The position numbers and the translations under genes were made by a program. A DNA stretch of 59,628 bases, from positions 204,397 to 264,024 of the forward strand of contig JAKMXF010000345.1 in assembly GCA_024704765.1 (NCBI GenBank), given 5' to 3'. The stretch is from Oopsacas minuta (lineage: Eukaryota; Animalia; Porifera). Every line of letters starts with the position of its first letter. The first letter of the stretch is position 1. Below the pieces are notes generated by a model, which saw nothing but the letters and a program-made list of their open reading frames with translations, searched no databases and was not told where the DNA came from. Shown here in pieces: positions 1-13,500 of this stretch.

Positions 1-2004
1 GATATTTATAGGATTGTTCAATATGCCTCCACCTCCTATACTCCATATCAAGTTACTCAAGCTATAACTACTATCCATAGGATCACAAAGCAGTAATACA
101 TCCTCTCTGTCTATACCTACTGTATATGAGTAGGTAGTTTCTGTTACGGAAACTAAAGGAAAAAGAATACTAATAGATAATGATAGGCCACTATAACAAT
201 CTAGATTCCAAAGCGTCGTGCCAAAATGTTCGAAAATTGTGAAGGTATGGGTTCCCTATATATCTTCCAGACTTTTACCAACACTTCATAATCAATTCAA
301 TACTTTTATAACATATTTGATACCATGTTCCCCACCACTTACTTGTTGTAGTTTGATTGAACAATCCAATTGTATAACTATTGGTATCGTCTATTTGACA
401 CTGATAATATCCTTGTCTAGTATTGTATATGTCTAACCAACTGAATCCAGTTTGTGTGCTATTATATGTGGCTGTAAGCTCTTCACTATTTGATAGATTT
501 GAATTTTCTGAAAAGTTCCATACAATTGCATTATCCTCGTCTCCTCCACACGCTAACGTCAGTGATTGGTACAAGAAGGTGTTTCCACTCATTGGTTGAA
601 AGTCTAAACCTTCATTGATAAGTTCACCAAAGCTGGCACCTATATATGATGCACATAAATAATTTTCAGCTGAAAACCAAGGAAATTGCATGATTATATA
701 CTGACCTGTTGTTACAGACGAAGGCCTCTTGCATAGAAAAGCATTTATCGTGATTTCGCAGCTTACAGTTTCCCAATTACCCTCTCCAGTTGTGATTGTT
801 TCAACACAATCTTCATCATTCCCCGATGGTACCACACCTGTCCAGTTTGTATAACTATACACTGAACCATCAATCCAGGTATATGTTCCCTCTACACTCC
901 TATCATTCAATCCTATCCAGCAATTACTCACTGTATCAGGGATAATAGTGTATAAGTAATTATTCACTCTCTCTGTAGTAATACTAGTCAAGTCACCACC
1001 CCATACAGCACAACTAGATTGAGCATCTAACCAGTTGATTCCATCACTCACTTCATATAATCGATAGCAAAATCCATTATAGATCAGATCACATTCACTG
1101 GGTGTTGCTGGAAATTAAATACAATGAAATTTGCCTATATATTAGTCGACTTACTACCAATTGTCTAAGTATACAGTGACGTGTATTATTAATTAATTTA
1201 GCTGCTAGGAGCTTAAGGAGCTAAGGTTCTTCAATAATTCATTCGACATTCTATTTACTTCCTCGTACACCTATGGAATTGGTACTATGCAATACTACTA
1301 CTGTAATATAGAGTTAAGATATTAGCATTCTAGCATATTCATACAAATTATTCTTGATTAATAACTTACCAGGTTTATTGCAGAAGTAACAGTTTCTATC
1401 TAGGTCACAAAACCCATTTAGCCATCCGTTTGATATTGTAGTTCCATATTTGTACCTTAACCTAACACAATCATCATTCGTATCTGATCCAATGGGGTAT
1501 TGTGTCGGACCAGGAGTATTACCGAAATGTCTATAATTACTATTACTACCATCTACCCATACAAATGCATCAGCATTAGTACCAGCTTCACTCCCCCTAT
1601 CATTCAAACCTATGAAACAGGAAGTATGTGTCTGTATATCTTCTATAGTATAATACAATAAGCTATCCACTTGTACTGACCCGATTGAAGCAAGATGTCC
1701 TCCCCAATTTTTGCATTCTGTTTCAGCTTCTACCCAATTTATATTATTTTCTGCCAGCTTGAAGTAACTGAAGTCAGTATCATCAAATGTAAAAGTAAGG
1801 TCCGGAACCTGAGCTTGAGCTAAAGCATAACAAATACATTCAAATATGTGAATATCTAACTGATTATTCATGATAACTATTAGTCTAATACATTTACTAG
1901 ATGTTTACACATAAATTCTGCTTAAGGTACTCACCTGATTTGATTCTAATCAATGAACCAATTATCGCTAAGAATAATCCAATTTTATAACAGAGAGTTT
2001 TCAT
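1..2004 (-). CDS. Gene C (3'-partial): signal peptide + C-type lectin (CTL-B) + CTL-A + Ig-like 1 + Ig-like 2; member of the CTL/Ig receptor-PTP cluster, runs off the left edge
   Basis: Exons read from GT-AG boundaries: 2004-1935 (MKTLCYKIGLFLAIIGSLIRIKS, signal-peptide-like), 1819-1370 (CTL: WGGHLASI, CFIGLND, FVWVDG), 1107-706 (CTL: CWIGLND, WIDG, EDC, FLC), 639-343 (LACGG..W..QGYYQC), 152-<1. The complete internal exons are multiples of 3, phase 1-1. Confidence 0.85.
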
Positions 2005-2465
2005 GTTCAATTTCTTCCCGACTTTAGATTCTAATTGATGAGATATATTATCTACTGATTTCATTATATAGTCATACAATGTAGTTGAGAGGATAATTTA
2101 CAACTTCAGAAATTTGATATATCCTTTGAGTACATTGGAACACAAATTTGTTATTAGCAGAGTTTGAGTATTTGTTTTCTTGTAAATAGTTATTAGGTAC
2201 ATACACTGACACCATACATAGTAATTCTTCCCAAATTTTGTAGGTTGTCATGTCATATCCAATACGGGAAATGAGATATTAGTCATATTCCACATGAATA
2301 TAAATGTTATCCAACCATTCCATTGTAATCATTATTTGTAGAATTATCCACCTGTTGTATTACTTTATTGTGACGAGTGTTGTAACTTATTTTAAAATAG
2401 GAATTTATAACGTATTTTATATCTTATTTTGTTGTGTATTATATTTGCCAGTGATAGAATAACTT

Positions 2466-2655
2466 CACTAAAGTCTGCTTAATAGGGTCACATCTGGACC
2501 AGGTCATTTTGACCAGATTAAGTGGGATAAAGGTTTGTCCGATTAACTGAGTAATATAACACTATTTGAATGGTTCGGTTTCTAGCCTTGACCCCCGATT
2601 AACCAGGTTGACCAGATTAATCAATGGGATATTAATTGGATCCCGGAGTCTAGTG
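2466..2655. mobile_element. Degenerate MITE-like element (Tc1/mariner-pogo-type ends) between genes D and C
   Basis: Imperfect inverted termini (CACTAAAGTCTG / CGGAGTCTAGTG then TA) and internal CCGATTAA/CCAGATTAA repeats like those in the 45826-47023 element. Confidence 0.4.
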
Positions 2656-2972
2656 TATATATTTTGTAATTTATCTTGAATAATCTGTTAATATCCCTCA
2701 TAAATATGTTATAGTACCCAATGTCACGTAGCTTATCAAATGCCTTGTGTACATGTTATCTCTATTCCCACACATACACACTTATACCATAACATTATCT
2801 GATCATTATATATAACATTATTTAACAAACAAAGGCAAAATATACACAATTCTAAAAGACTTTCCAATTAAGAAATAGTTCTTATCTAACAATTCTAAAA
2901 TCATAAACATATACACCTGTGTTGTTTATATATGTACAAATAAACTAAAGCCTATATATTCGATTATACTTG

Positions 2973-5900
2973 TTATTGAGCCTTTGAGAAGTATTCGTTC
3001 AATAGTTGGAAGCAGGATACAAAGTGTGTCTAAAGAAAAATGCAGGTAAGAATACAAGCAATGTTTTGTTGAGTGCCTTCCAAGAATAATGAATCTAGTT
3101 TTTTCGTAAAATGTTATTCAATCAATATTATTTGCATTTATATAATTATGCCTTATGTTAGCACAGCTTAAACCTCTTTAACTATGTAACTCAAATGACT
3201 ATTTTATTGTTCAGTATCTTACTAAGGTTAGTTGCCAAATACGAATTGATACCTTAGATTTTGACACGGGGTAACTGACCCTTCAATTCATTTTTTTACA
3301 GTTGTTCTACTTTAGTATAATTGATATAGATATCATCATATTTTTGCCCTCATTTTTACATGTGTTTATTGGTTACGTATATTTCTCCCCCATTCATACC
3401 AATTCATATATCTATATTATTGAACCTCAAATGTTGTCTGTTTGTTTGTTCGTTGTCAAGGAAAGGATTTAAGGTATGCAATTGCAAAATTGTCCAAAAT
3501 ATTTTTTCACTTTTGGGAACATAAAGTAATCAGATTTAAAGATTATGGCAGTATCATGTTTGCTACGGTTAAGATTGTGAGTTTATGTACTCGAGGACCA
3601 TGGGCTTGAGTGTGGACACAATGTCTTCGCAACCGCATAGGACGAGCAAGCGATGCGCACTCGTTATATATAAAATATGTATTGTAACGAACCAGAGTAG
3701 TCACGCTATTCATTCTATCATTCCTCAGCTTCTTGACTATGTGGAAGATGTCAATACGGCCCTTCTCTATGCTATCTTTAATAGCCCTATAAACGGCGTA
3801 CACTACACCACTCTTGCCTGCTCCATCATCACAGTGTATTATGATTGGGTGACTTGGAAACTTCTTACGAAACTCTAACATTATTTCTATAATTTCAACA
3901 ATACTTTCCAAGTTTGGCTCTTCCTTCTCGTTCCACTGATTCGTTATAATTTGGGTGCAAGGTTGGTTACCTTTGTCAACATTATTGTTGATGTCCAATT
4001 TATTGCGAATGAAATGAGGCGTTTTTTCACTTTCCTCACATGTAACATCAAACGAATCTGTTTGGATAGTTTCGCCATATTTTGGCCAGTAAACAATACG
4101 GTGTGATTTTTGGAGTTCAATGAGTTGTAGTTCTTTCTTTGAGCATAACATTACAACTAAACTAGGGGCGAGCATATATATCATTTGATAGAAATCTCGT
4201 TGTGTATGATTTGTGGGATTAATGGTTACAACTATTTCTCCGTTATCTAAAGAACTGGCATTAATGTAATCACCAGGCCAATCAGAGGCTTGTAATACGA
4301 TTCTGTTGCTGTCACATGGTAGGATATCTTTGATTGGATTCTTGTCCTCGTTGGAGGGTTCCAGTGCACTCTTACAAACTGGATCAAAAGCCTTTTCGCA
4401 TTGATAGTTAAGTTCACTGTATTGTTGGAAAAACACAGATACATAACCTTCAGTCTCTGATTGCATGTATAAATTGTATGTCTCTCTGAAGTCTCCTGTG
4501 GGAATTGATGTGCTCCCTAGTATCATTTCAAGGACTGATAGATAAATGAATTTATACTGAGAGAATGTTTGTACCATTTGGGGACGATGCTCCCTCATTT
4601 CATGGACGATACTGTAGATATTGATGGGTTTCGCCTGTTGAACTGCTGCTAAAAGATTGTATAGCGTAATGAACGTGCCTGTACGACCTACACCTGCAGA
4701 ACAATGTACTAAAATGGGTGATCTCGGTTTGACTAAACTTTCCTGAACTTTGGTAACGAACAACAGCAACTCATCATGAAGTGTTGGAACATCATGATCT
4801 GGCCATGCAGTGAAATGAAAGTGTTTTAATTGAGTAACCTTTCCCATCGAGTGAACACTCATCATCCTTATAATATAGCCAATCCTTATCTCTACTTTGT
4901 CTGCAATTATCTCGTATGGCCCACAACCAAACTTTTGGCCTTTTTTCAATGGGAAATATTGTTCGCATTTCTTACGTCCTGATTCAACTAGGTTAGTCAC
5001 CATCACGATATTTGCTACATTCTTTTCTACGATCATTTTCCAAAAATCTTGAAGTGTGTTTTCTTTTGGCGCTTGCGCCGCAATAAATTGTTCTTGGACA
5101 TGAACCCCAGGGATATGACTTGCATTAATATATCCTGTATTCGGATCTTCATCATCACTGAGTGTTAGGATTACGCGAGATTTATCGTAGGGGTACATTA
5201 ATTTGAAGCGATTCTTGATTTTGTTCTCTTCAATCATTGCATGTGTACAGGGATATCTATGTTCTTTTCCACCGAAACTTTCATATTCTTGCTGAAGCGC
5301 ACCTTCTCTTTGCCAAATCTTATTCATATGCATCTTGAAAGCATCTAATGGTATTGGTAACATTCTGGGATCGATAACCTTTGTAGATCTGACTGGAGAT
5401 TGAGTTAATTTACCGACATTTTGATAAAGATCGCTAATCTCAGGCTCTCTCACATTCGGTTTTGTATTTACGGTATCACTTACGCTGTATGCTTTGTTGT
5501 AGTTATCTGATACTGCAGCTTCTTTATATTCTGTAAAATCACTAGCCTTCATTGGTATTTCAGATGAACTAGCTTTAGGGTCATTGTTAAAATAACTGGA
5601 ACTTAACTTGGACATTTTGCCTCGATTTCTTACTATAAAATACATGAGGATAACACCAGCGATGATACATACGAGCAGTAATGATATTATTATCACTGGA
5701 ATTGCAATGACCGCTGCGTTTATCCCTTCAGTTACTGGTCTATCTAGAGGTATTATAGTGAAACGAGCTGTTGTATAGCTGATTCCAGTACTAGTTACTT
5801 GCATCAATGAAAAGTTCCCACTATTAGCATCGGTTAACTCTGATATAATGTAGGTCGACCTGGTTATTGTAGATGTTTCATCAGGAATTATCCAAACACA

Positions 5901-7568
5901 TTCAGATAGACTGCAAGTGAGTGAAATATTTTTTGTTCCCAATGTGATACTGATTTCTTGTGGAGATGGAAACATTGGATTATTTTCATCACTAAATGAC
6001 ATACTAGATTCTTCATAGGTGACTGTTATTGTAGTAGTATCTAGAAATTATGTAAATGTACTACAACCATAGACGTTATACAAATTTATATTGTGGATAT
6101 GTGCGGATCGGATGTCAAACACGTGAAACAAGCAATTTACCTTTGAGAGCTAGTTGTACGCTACCCAACAGTGTTACTGGACTCATCCTGTAGAAACAAC
6201 TCAATGTATGTGCACCAGCTCCCACGTCGTTGAATACTACAATGAAGAGTACTGGATTTGGATATTCAGCACTATATGTCAATGTGTCACCGTCTTCTGC
6301 ACCGTCTGTTGTCCAAAGGATATCATTATCTGCGACCATATTATCTGAATAATAGAGCATTGAGATGGTAGAATCCAGGGTATAATCAACTTGTTGAGAA
6401 GGGTTATCAAAGCTTGTTATTTCAACTAGAAATATAAATATTGAGTAATTTCAATGTCTATAAGTCAATTTGCTCAATAGTTACCTAGGGAATCTGTATT
6501 CACTATAAAGAATGTGTATACCATATCTGAACCAATTTCACAACTATAGTAACCATGTTCATTAGAACTCACAGTCAAACTACTAATCCCAGTTTCAAGA
6601 GAGAATGTTGATGATGAAGTTCTGTCAATTTTCATACCATCCTTCGTAGACATAAAATTCCACGATACACTATCTCCTATATTCGAGATTGAACACTGTA
6701 ACACCGTAGAGTCTTTTAGTACAATTGTTGAATCGTTTGAGATTGAATCAGTTAATGATGTTGAAATTGGATTTGTCACAAAATAACCTAAAGTAATTTC
6801 GTTATATATAATATGTTCAACTCTCGGTTGAAATATTGTTTTAAACCAACCATTTCGGATTAATTCTGCCTGAATCGCAATCACTTCAATTCTATCCCAG
6901 TCCATGATATAGAATTGATACAGTCCAAATAATTCATAATTAAGAGTTGCATAAGATATTGTTTGAGAATAAGAATATGTATCGTTTGGAAGTTTCCATC
7001 TCCCTTGTAGATTTGTTGAGATAGAGAAATCTTCTATTCCAATCAGAAGTTCGAACATATTCGTGTCGGGGTATACAGTACTGAAGGTTTGATCTGATGT
7101 AGATACTGTAATTATTGGAGCTACATAGAGCGTTTGAATGTAAAATAACTGAAAATAGACACTACTAAGCTATGTAAATTGTGTAGTTCCCAAGACGGAT
7201 TACTCAAATTTCACTAGAAATTTCATATTTCATACGGTCTATATGCCAGCCATATGGTCAAATATGTGTAGTTCTAAATTGCAGTTGTCTTCATGGTATG
7301 TTCAATAGGAATATACACTTACTATATATTTCTACTGTATTCAACTGGATGTTAATCCCATTACTAGCACAAGTCAATTGATTACTCTGTTCAGGTGAGT
7401 CACTGCTCCATTCAAAGAGATTTATAGGATTGTTCAATGTGCCTCCACCTCCTATACTCCATATCAAGCTACTCAAGCTATAACTACTATCCATAGGATC
7501 ACAAAGCAGTAATACATCCTCTCTGTCTATACCTACTGTATATGAGTAGGTAGTTTCTGTTACGGAAA
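2973..7568 (-). CDS. Gene D (5'-partial): Ig-like domains + TM + active tyrosine phosphatase D1 + D2 (receptor-type PTP)
   Basis: Exons 7568-7323, 7120-6851, 6787-6485 (canonical Ig C..W..YYSC), 6425-6141, 6040-3693 (Ig-like, TM AVIAIPVIIISLLLVCIIAGVILMYFIV, D1 with KNRF, YINAS, WPDHDVP, HCSAGVGRTG, QTFSQY; D2 with HCDDGAGKSG) and terminal exon 3029-2973 (THFVSCFQLLNEYFSKAQ*). The 5' part is lost at the NNN gap. Confidence 0.92.
3420..3680. repeat. Dispersed repeat (Helitron/HINE-like non-autonomous element) in the last intron of gene D
   Basis: 3424-3492 closely matches 43201-43270; ~3500-3665 matches the reverse complement of ~41806-41965. It carries a CTGT/TTGT microsatellite-like tract and a GC-rich GCGAGC/GCTTGC-type end. 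Family assignment is by resemblance only. Confidence 0.55.
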
Positions 7569-7572
7569 CTAA

Positions 7573-7575
7573 NNN
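7573..7575. other. Assembly gap (NNN)
   Basis: Three N bases. The right side is mid-D2 coding sequence of gene B; the left side is an Ig-like-2 exon with its acceptor, paralogous to 10145-10390 and 1-152. Confidence 0.98.
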
Positions 7576-10500
7576 TCGTTTCAGTAGAATTGATCAAAGT
7601 AGAAACAAAAGGTTCACAATTGATAGGTTCATCCTTCTTAGGCCAGTAACAGACACGATTAGATATTCCACTGAGTATCTTAGCTTTCTCCTTTCTTGTA
7701 GTCAGCATTATCACCATACTAGCTTCTGTTTGATAGATCATTTGTAGGAAATCTAGATATGTCTCTTTAGTTGGATTGATGGTAGCAATGAATTGATAAT
7801 CATGAATATAACTAGCATTGATATAATTACAGTCAAAATGTGGAGAATCTAATACAACTCTGTTTTCATCAAATGGTAGAATGTTTTTGATTGGATTCTT
7901 TTGCATATTTTCCTTTTTCAATGCATCATAACTTTCTGGTATAACAGCCTTCTTAGATTCTTCATTTAACTTTTCAAATTCTACAAAAAATAATGAATCA
8001 TTTCCTATTCCAGATTCTACATACTGTTGATACATAACAGGGAAATCTTTTATAGGTATGAATTTAGCTGTGAATTTGTTTTCTTCCTTTACAGGACTCA
8101 TGGGTGTGTATTTCTCATAAGATAGATCTTCCTTTATTTCTATATAACCACTTTTCTCTTTTTTTGTTACATTTTGGTGTGTAATATTTTCACGTTGAAT
8201 ATTTGACAAATTAGCATAACCTCGTTCATTGGGATTAGTCGGCGCGTCTAGAGTAGTCAACGATGTCTCATCTATCGTCATATACACAGGATTTGTATTT
8301 ACAGATGAGAGATCTATGTACTCCTTAGATTGTGGATTGATTTCCGACAGATTAGCATAACCAGGATTACTTTCATAACCTGTTATATTGGATTTGGATG
8401 GTTTAGGACGTTTAGATAGTTTAGCCTTTGCTGGTCTCCTTCTCTTTACGTATAGAAAGATGAATATTGGAACTAGAATACTTGTGGCTACAATTATAAA
8501 TAGGATCAACAGCAAAATGATTATTATGGCTGCATCTCCAGAATTTGACGGAACAGAATTTGTTGGAGAGATCAGAATTTGTATCGAAATATGTACTGTG
8601 GTATATTCTACACCTTCACTAGTAGAACGAACCAATGAAAAAGTCTCGTTGAAGGTGGGAGTTATTTCCGATATGCTATATGTAGATGCAATTATTGTAT
8701 CTTTTTGATTTGATATCATCCATACACATTCAGGTAGACTGCAGGTTAACGTAATATCTTTTGTTCCTTGAAGTATACTGATTACTTGTGGAGATGGAAA
8801 CATTAGATTATTCACATCACTAAATGACATATTGTATCCTTCATAGCTGACAGTTATTGTAGCAGTATCTAGAAATTATGTAAAGAAACGTCAACAAATA
8901 AGCTATAGAAATATGCATTTTGTTGCTATGTGTGGATCTCACACACACTCAACAAGCAATTTACCTTTGAGAGCTAGTTGTATGCTACCTAACAGTGTAA
9001 CAGGACTCATCCTGTAGAAACAACTGAATGTATGTACACCAGCTCCCACGTCGTTGAATACTACAATCAGTAGAGCTGGATTTGGATACTCAGCACTATA
9101 TGTCAAAATGTCACCGTTTTCTACATTGTCTGTTGTCCAAAGGATATCACTATCTGCGACCATATCATCTGAATAATAGAGCACTGAGACAATTGAATCC
9201 AGAGTATAATCAACTTCTTGAGAAGGGTCATCAAAGCTTGTAATCTCAACTAGAAATACAATTATCAAGTAATATCAATGATGAAAGATGGTCTAACAGT
9301 CTATTACTCAAAGTTACCTAAGGAATCTGTATTCACCACAAAGAATGTGTATACCATATCTGAATTGATTACACAGCTGTAGTAACCAGGTTCATTAGAA
9401 TTCACAGTCAAACTACTAATCCCAGTTTCAATTGTGAATATTGATAATGAAGTTTTCTCTATTCCAATACCATCCTTTGTAGACATAAAATACCACACTA
9501 CACTATCTCCTATATTCGAGATTGAACACTGTAACATTGTAGAGTCATTTAGTACAACTGTTGAATCGTTTGAGATTAAATTTGTTACAACATAGCCTAA
9601 AGTGAAGGTTGTCATTTGTATGTATATGTTAAACTCTCGGTTGAAAATATTTTGATCTAAACTAACCATTTCGTATTAATTCTGCCTGAATCGCAATCAC
9701 TTCAATTCCATCCCAGTTCATGATATAGAATTGATACAGTCCAAATAATTCATAATCAAGAGTTGCATAAGATATTGTTTGAGAAGAAGAATATGTAGCA
9801 TCTGGAAGCTTCCATCTCCCTTGTAGATTTGTTGAGATAGAGAAATCTTCTATTCCAATCAGAAATTCAAACATATTCGTGTCAGGGTATACAGTGTTGA
9901 ATGCCTGATCTGATGTAGATGTAGAAACTGTAATTATTGGAGCTACAGAGAGCATTTGAATGTAAAATAACTGAAAATAGACACTACTAAGCTATGTAAA
10001 TTGTGTATTTCCCAAGACGGATTACTCAAATTTCACTAGAAATTACATATTTTATAGGGTCTATATGCCAGCCATATGGTCAAATATGTGTAGTTCTAAA
10101 TTGCAATTGTCTTTGTGGTATATTAAATAGGAATACACACTTACTATATATTTCTAATGTATTCAACTGGATGTTATTGCCATTACTAGCACAAGTCAAT
10201 TGATTACTCTGTTCAGGTGAGTCACTGCTCCATTCAAAGATATTTATAGGATTGTTCAATGTGCCTCCACCTCCTATACTCCATATCAAGCTACTCAAGC
10301 TATAACTACTATCCATAGGATCACAAAGCAGTAATACATCCTCTCTGTCTATACCTACTGTATATGTGTATGTAGTTTCTGTTACGGCAACTAAAGGAAA
10401 AGAATACTAATAGATAATGATAGGCCATTATAACAATCTAGATTCCAAAGCGTCGTGCCAAATGGTTCAAGAATTGTGAAGGTATGGGTTCCATATATAT

Positions 10501-13500
10501 CTTCCAGACTCTTACCAACACTTCATAATCAATTAGATACCTTTATAACATATTTGATACCATGTCCCCACCACTTACTTGTTGTAGTTTGATTGAACAA
10601 TCCAATTGTATAACTGTTGATCTCGTCTATCTGACACTGATAATATCCTTGTCTAGTATTATATATGTCTAACCAACTGAATCCAGTTTGTGTGCTATTG
10701 TAGGTGGCTGTAAGCTCTTTACTATTTGATAGATCTGAATTTTCTGAAAATTTCCATACAATTGCATTATCCTCGTCTCCTCCACAAGCTAACGTCAGTG
10801 ATTGGTACAAGAATCTGTTTCCACTCATAGATTGAAAGTCTAAACCTTCATTGATAAGTCGACCAAAGTTGGCACCTATATATGATGCACATACATAATT
10901 TTCACCTGAAAACCAAGGAAATTGAATGATTATATACTGACCTGTTGTTACAGATGAAAGTCTCTTGCATAGAAAAGTATTTATCGTGATTTCGCAGCTT
11001 ACAGTCTCCCAACTACCCTCTCCAGCTCTTATTATGTCAACACAATCTTCATCAATAACAGTTGGTGCACTTCCTGTCCAGTTTGTATGACTATATACTG
11101 AGCCATCACTCCAGGTATATGTTCCCTCTACACTCCTATCATTCAATCCTATCCAGCAATTACTCACTGTATCAGGGATAATAGTGTATAAGTAATTATT
11201 CTCTCTCTCTGTTGTAATACTAGTCAAGTCACCACCCCATACAGCACAACTAGATTGAGCATCTAACCAGTTGATTCCATCACTCACTTCATACAATCGA
11301 TAGCAAGATCCATTATAGATAAGATCACATACGCTGGGTGTTGCTGGGATCAAACAAATTCATTATTTTCATTAAACAACTACATGTAATGATCACTTAC
11401 CTGGTTGACTGCAGAAGTAACAATTTCTCATGTCACCACAACCTCGATTAATCCAACCGTTTGATAATACTGCTGCTACATTCCTGTATCTCAATCTAAC
11501 ACAGTCCCAGGCAGCATTTGCATCTCCGGGATTTATTCCAAGAAGCGAATCGAAGTTCCTATAAGTACTGGTACTACCATCTACCCAAACAAATGCACTA
11601 GCATTAGTACCAGCATCTATATCTATATCGTTTAGACCTATAAAACATGTAAAGTATGTGTTTATATCTGTACTACTATAGAACAACAATCTATCTTCTA
11701 CTGCTGACTTTATTGTAGCAAGATTTCCCCTAGTACCCCAGTTATTACATTTCAGTTGAGCACTTAACCAGTCTAAATTAGTAGAATTCGAGATAAATCC
11801 GAAAGAAGTACCACCATAAGTAAATTCTTCATCTGGGATTAAAACTAAAAACATTAGATTATAAATACTTTTCAAACTAAAATTATTTGGTGATAAATAT
11901 CATCTACCAAAAGTATCTGTATTCCGAATAACACAATTGAAGCAACTAATCTTACGTTTTTGCACCCAATTAATACAAATGAATACTCAGAAGTATATAC
12001 CTGGTCGAGGAGGTGCAGATGTAATGTTAATTTGCATAGCTATCACTTCTTCTTGATTCCAGTTGTTAGCAGAATAGAATGTGTATAATCCAGCGTTTTC
12101 TTCCATAAATTCAGCAATTTCTATCGTTGAGTCAGTAGTGTTCATATCTCCTGGAATATTCCATTTTCCAACTAGGTTGATAGATATAGAAATATCTATT
12201 GATTCTAATAGTATAGCAATCATATTCGTGGATGGATATGTTGATGAGAAGCTTTCAGCCAAGAATTGACCATAGAAAATGGATATTTCAGGAACTATAG
12301 ATATGAAAAATGATAAATATATCAGTTAGTAAAGTGTACCATAAATATTGATCGAATACCTGTCACCGAAAGATAGATCATAACGATAGTAGTTCCTTCT
12401 CTCATACAGCTGAATGCTCTAGACTCTGTTGGTAATGTAGCACTCTCAGTATTTACGTGAATTGGGTTATTATACATACTATCCCACATAATTGTACTCA
12501 AACTACCAATCTCAGTAGGATCACACAATAGTAATATATCTTCACTGTCTACCCCTACTAGGTATATGTATGTTTCTCCTTCAACCGCAACTAGATGGAA
12601 AAGTTAGTAGAGAATATTTCAGAAATATCAATTAACAATCTACTCACCTGTTGTTAAAGATGGATCATACAAACCAATTATATAAGATGATGTACTGGTT
12701 TGACACTGATAATATCCTTGTTTGGTAATATTAACTGCTAACCAACTTAATCCAGTTTCTGTACTACCATATGTTGCTGTCGTAACTTCACTGTTTGATA
12801 GATCTGAGTTTTCTGAAAAATTCCATATGATATTATTACTCTGTTCTCCTCCACATGCTAAGGTACGTGAAGTGAACAAGAAAGTGTTTGAGCTAAGCAG
12901 TTGGAAGTCAAATCTTTCGTTAATGAGTTCTCCAAATCTATCAACTGAGAGTAGATAGGAATGAGAAATGTGAAAGAATCTTAGAATTTATATAAAATTA
13001 CAAACCTATTGTTACAGTACTAGTTGAAGCTCTTTTGCATACAAAAGTGTTTAGATTATCCTCACAGTTCACAGTTTCCCAACTAACACCTCCACCTGTG
13101 TTAATCTCAATACAATCGCCATCAGTAGTTGGGGGATTTGTCCAGTTCGCATAGCTAAATGTTGTACCATCAGTCCAGGTATAAGTTCCCTCCTCACTCC
13201 GATCACTCAATCCTATCCAAGAATTATTATTCAATATGATAGTATATAAGTAGTTATTCTCTCTCTCTGTAGTAATACTAGTCAAGTCACCACCCCACAC
13301 AGCACAACTAGATTGAGCATCTAACCAATTGATTCCAGTACTCACTTCAAATATTCGGTAGCATGATCCTTCATAGATGAGATCACATACATTGGGTGTT
13401 GCTATAGGTAAACAAAACACATTTATGATCTAATTCGATATACAAACTTTAGATACACGATATAAGGTTACTCTCGGGTACCCAATGTATTCTTATACCG

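Noticed and set aside
3543-3692. C-terminal ~50 aa of the 819-aa ORF (VRYNTYF..ANMILP)
   Set aside because: Read-through past the donor at 3692 into a dispersed repeat. The homologous last helix is encoded at 3029-2973.
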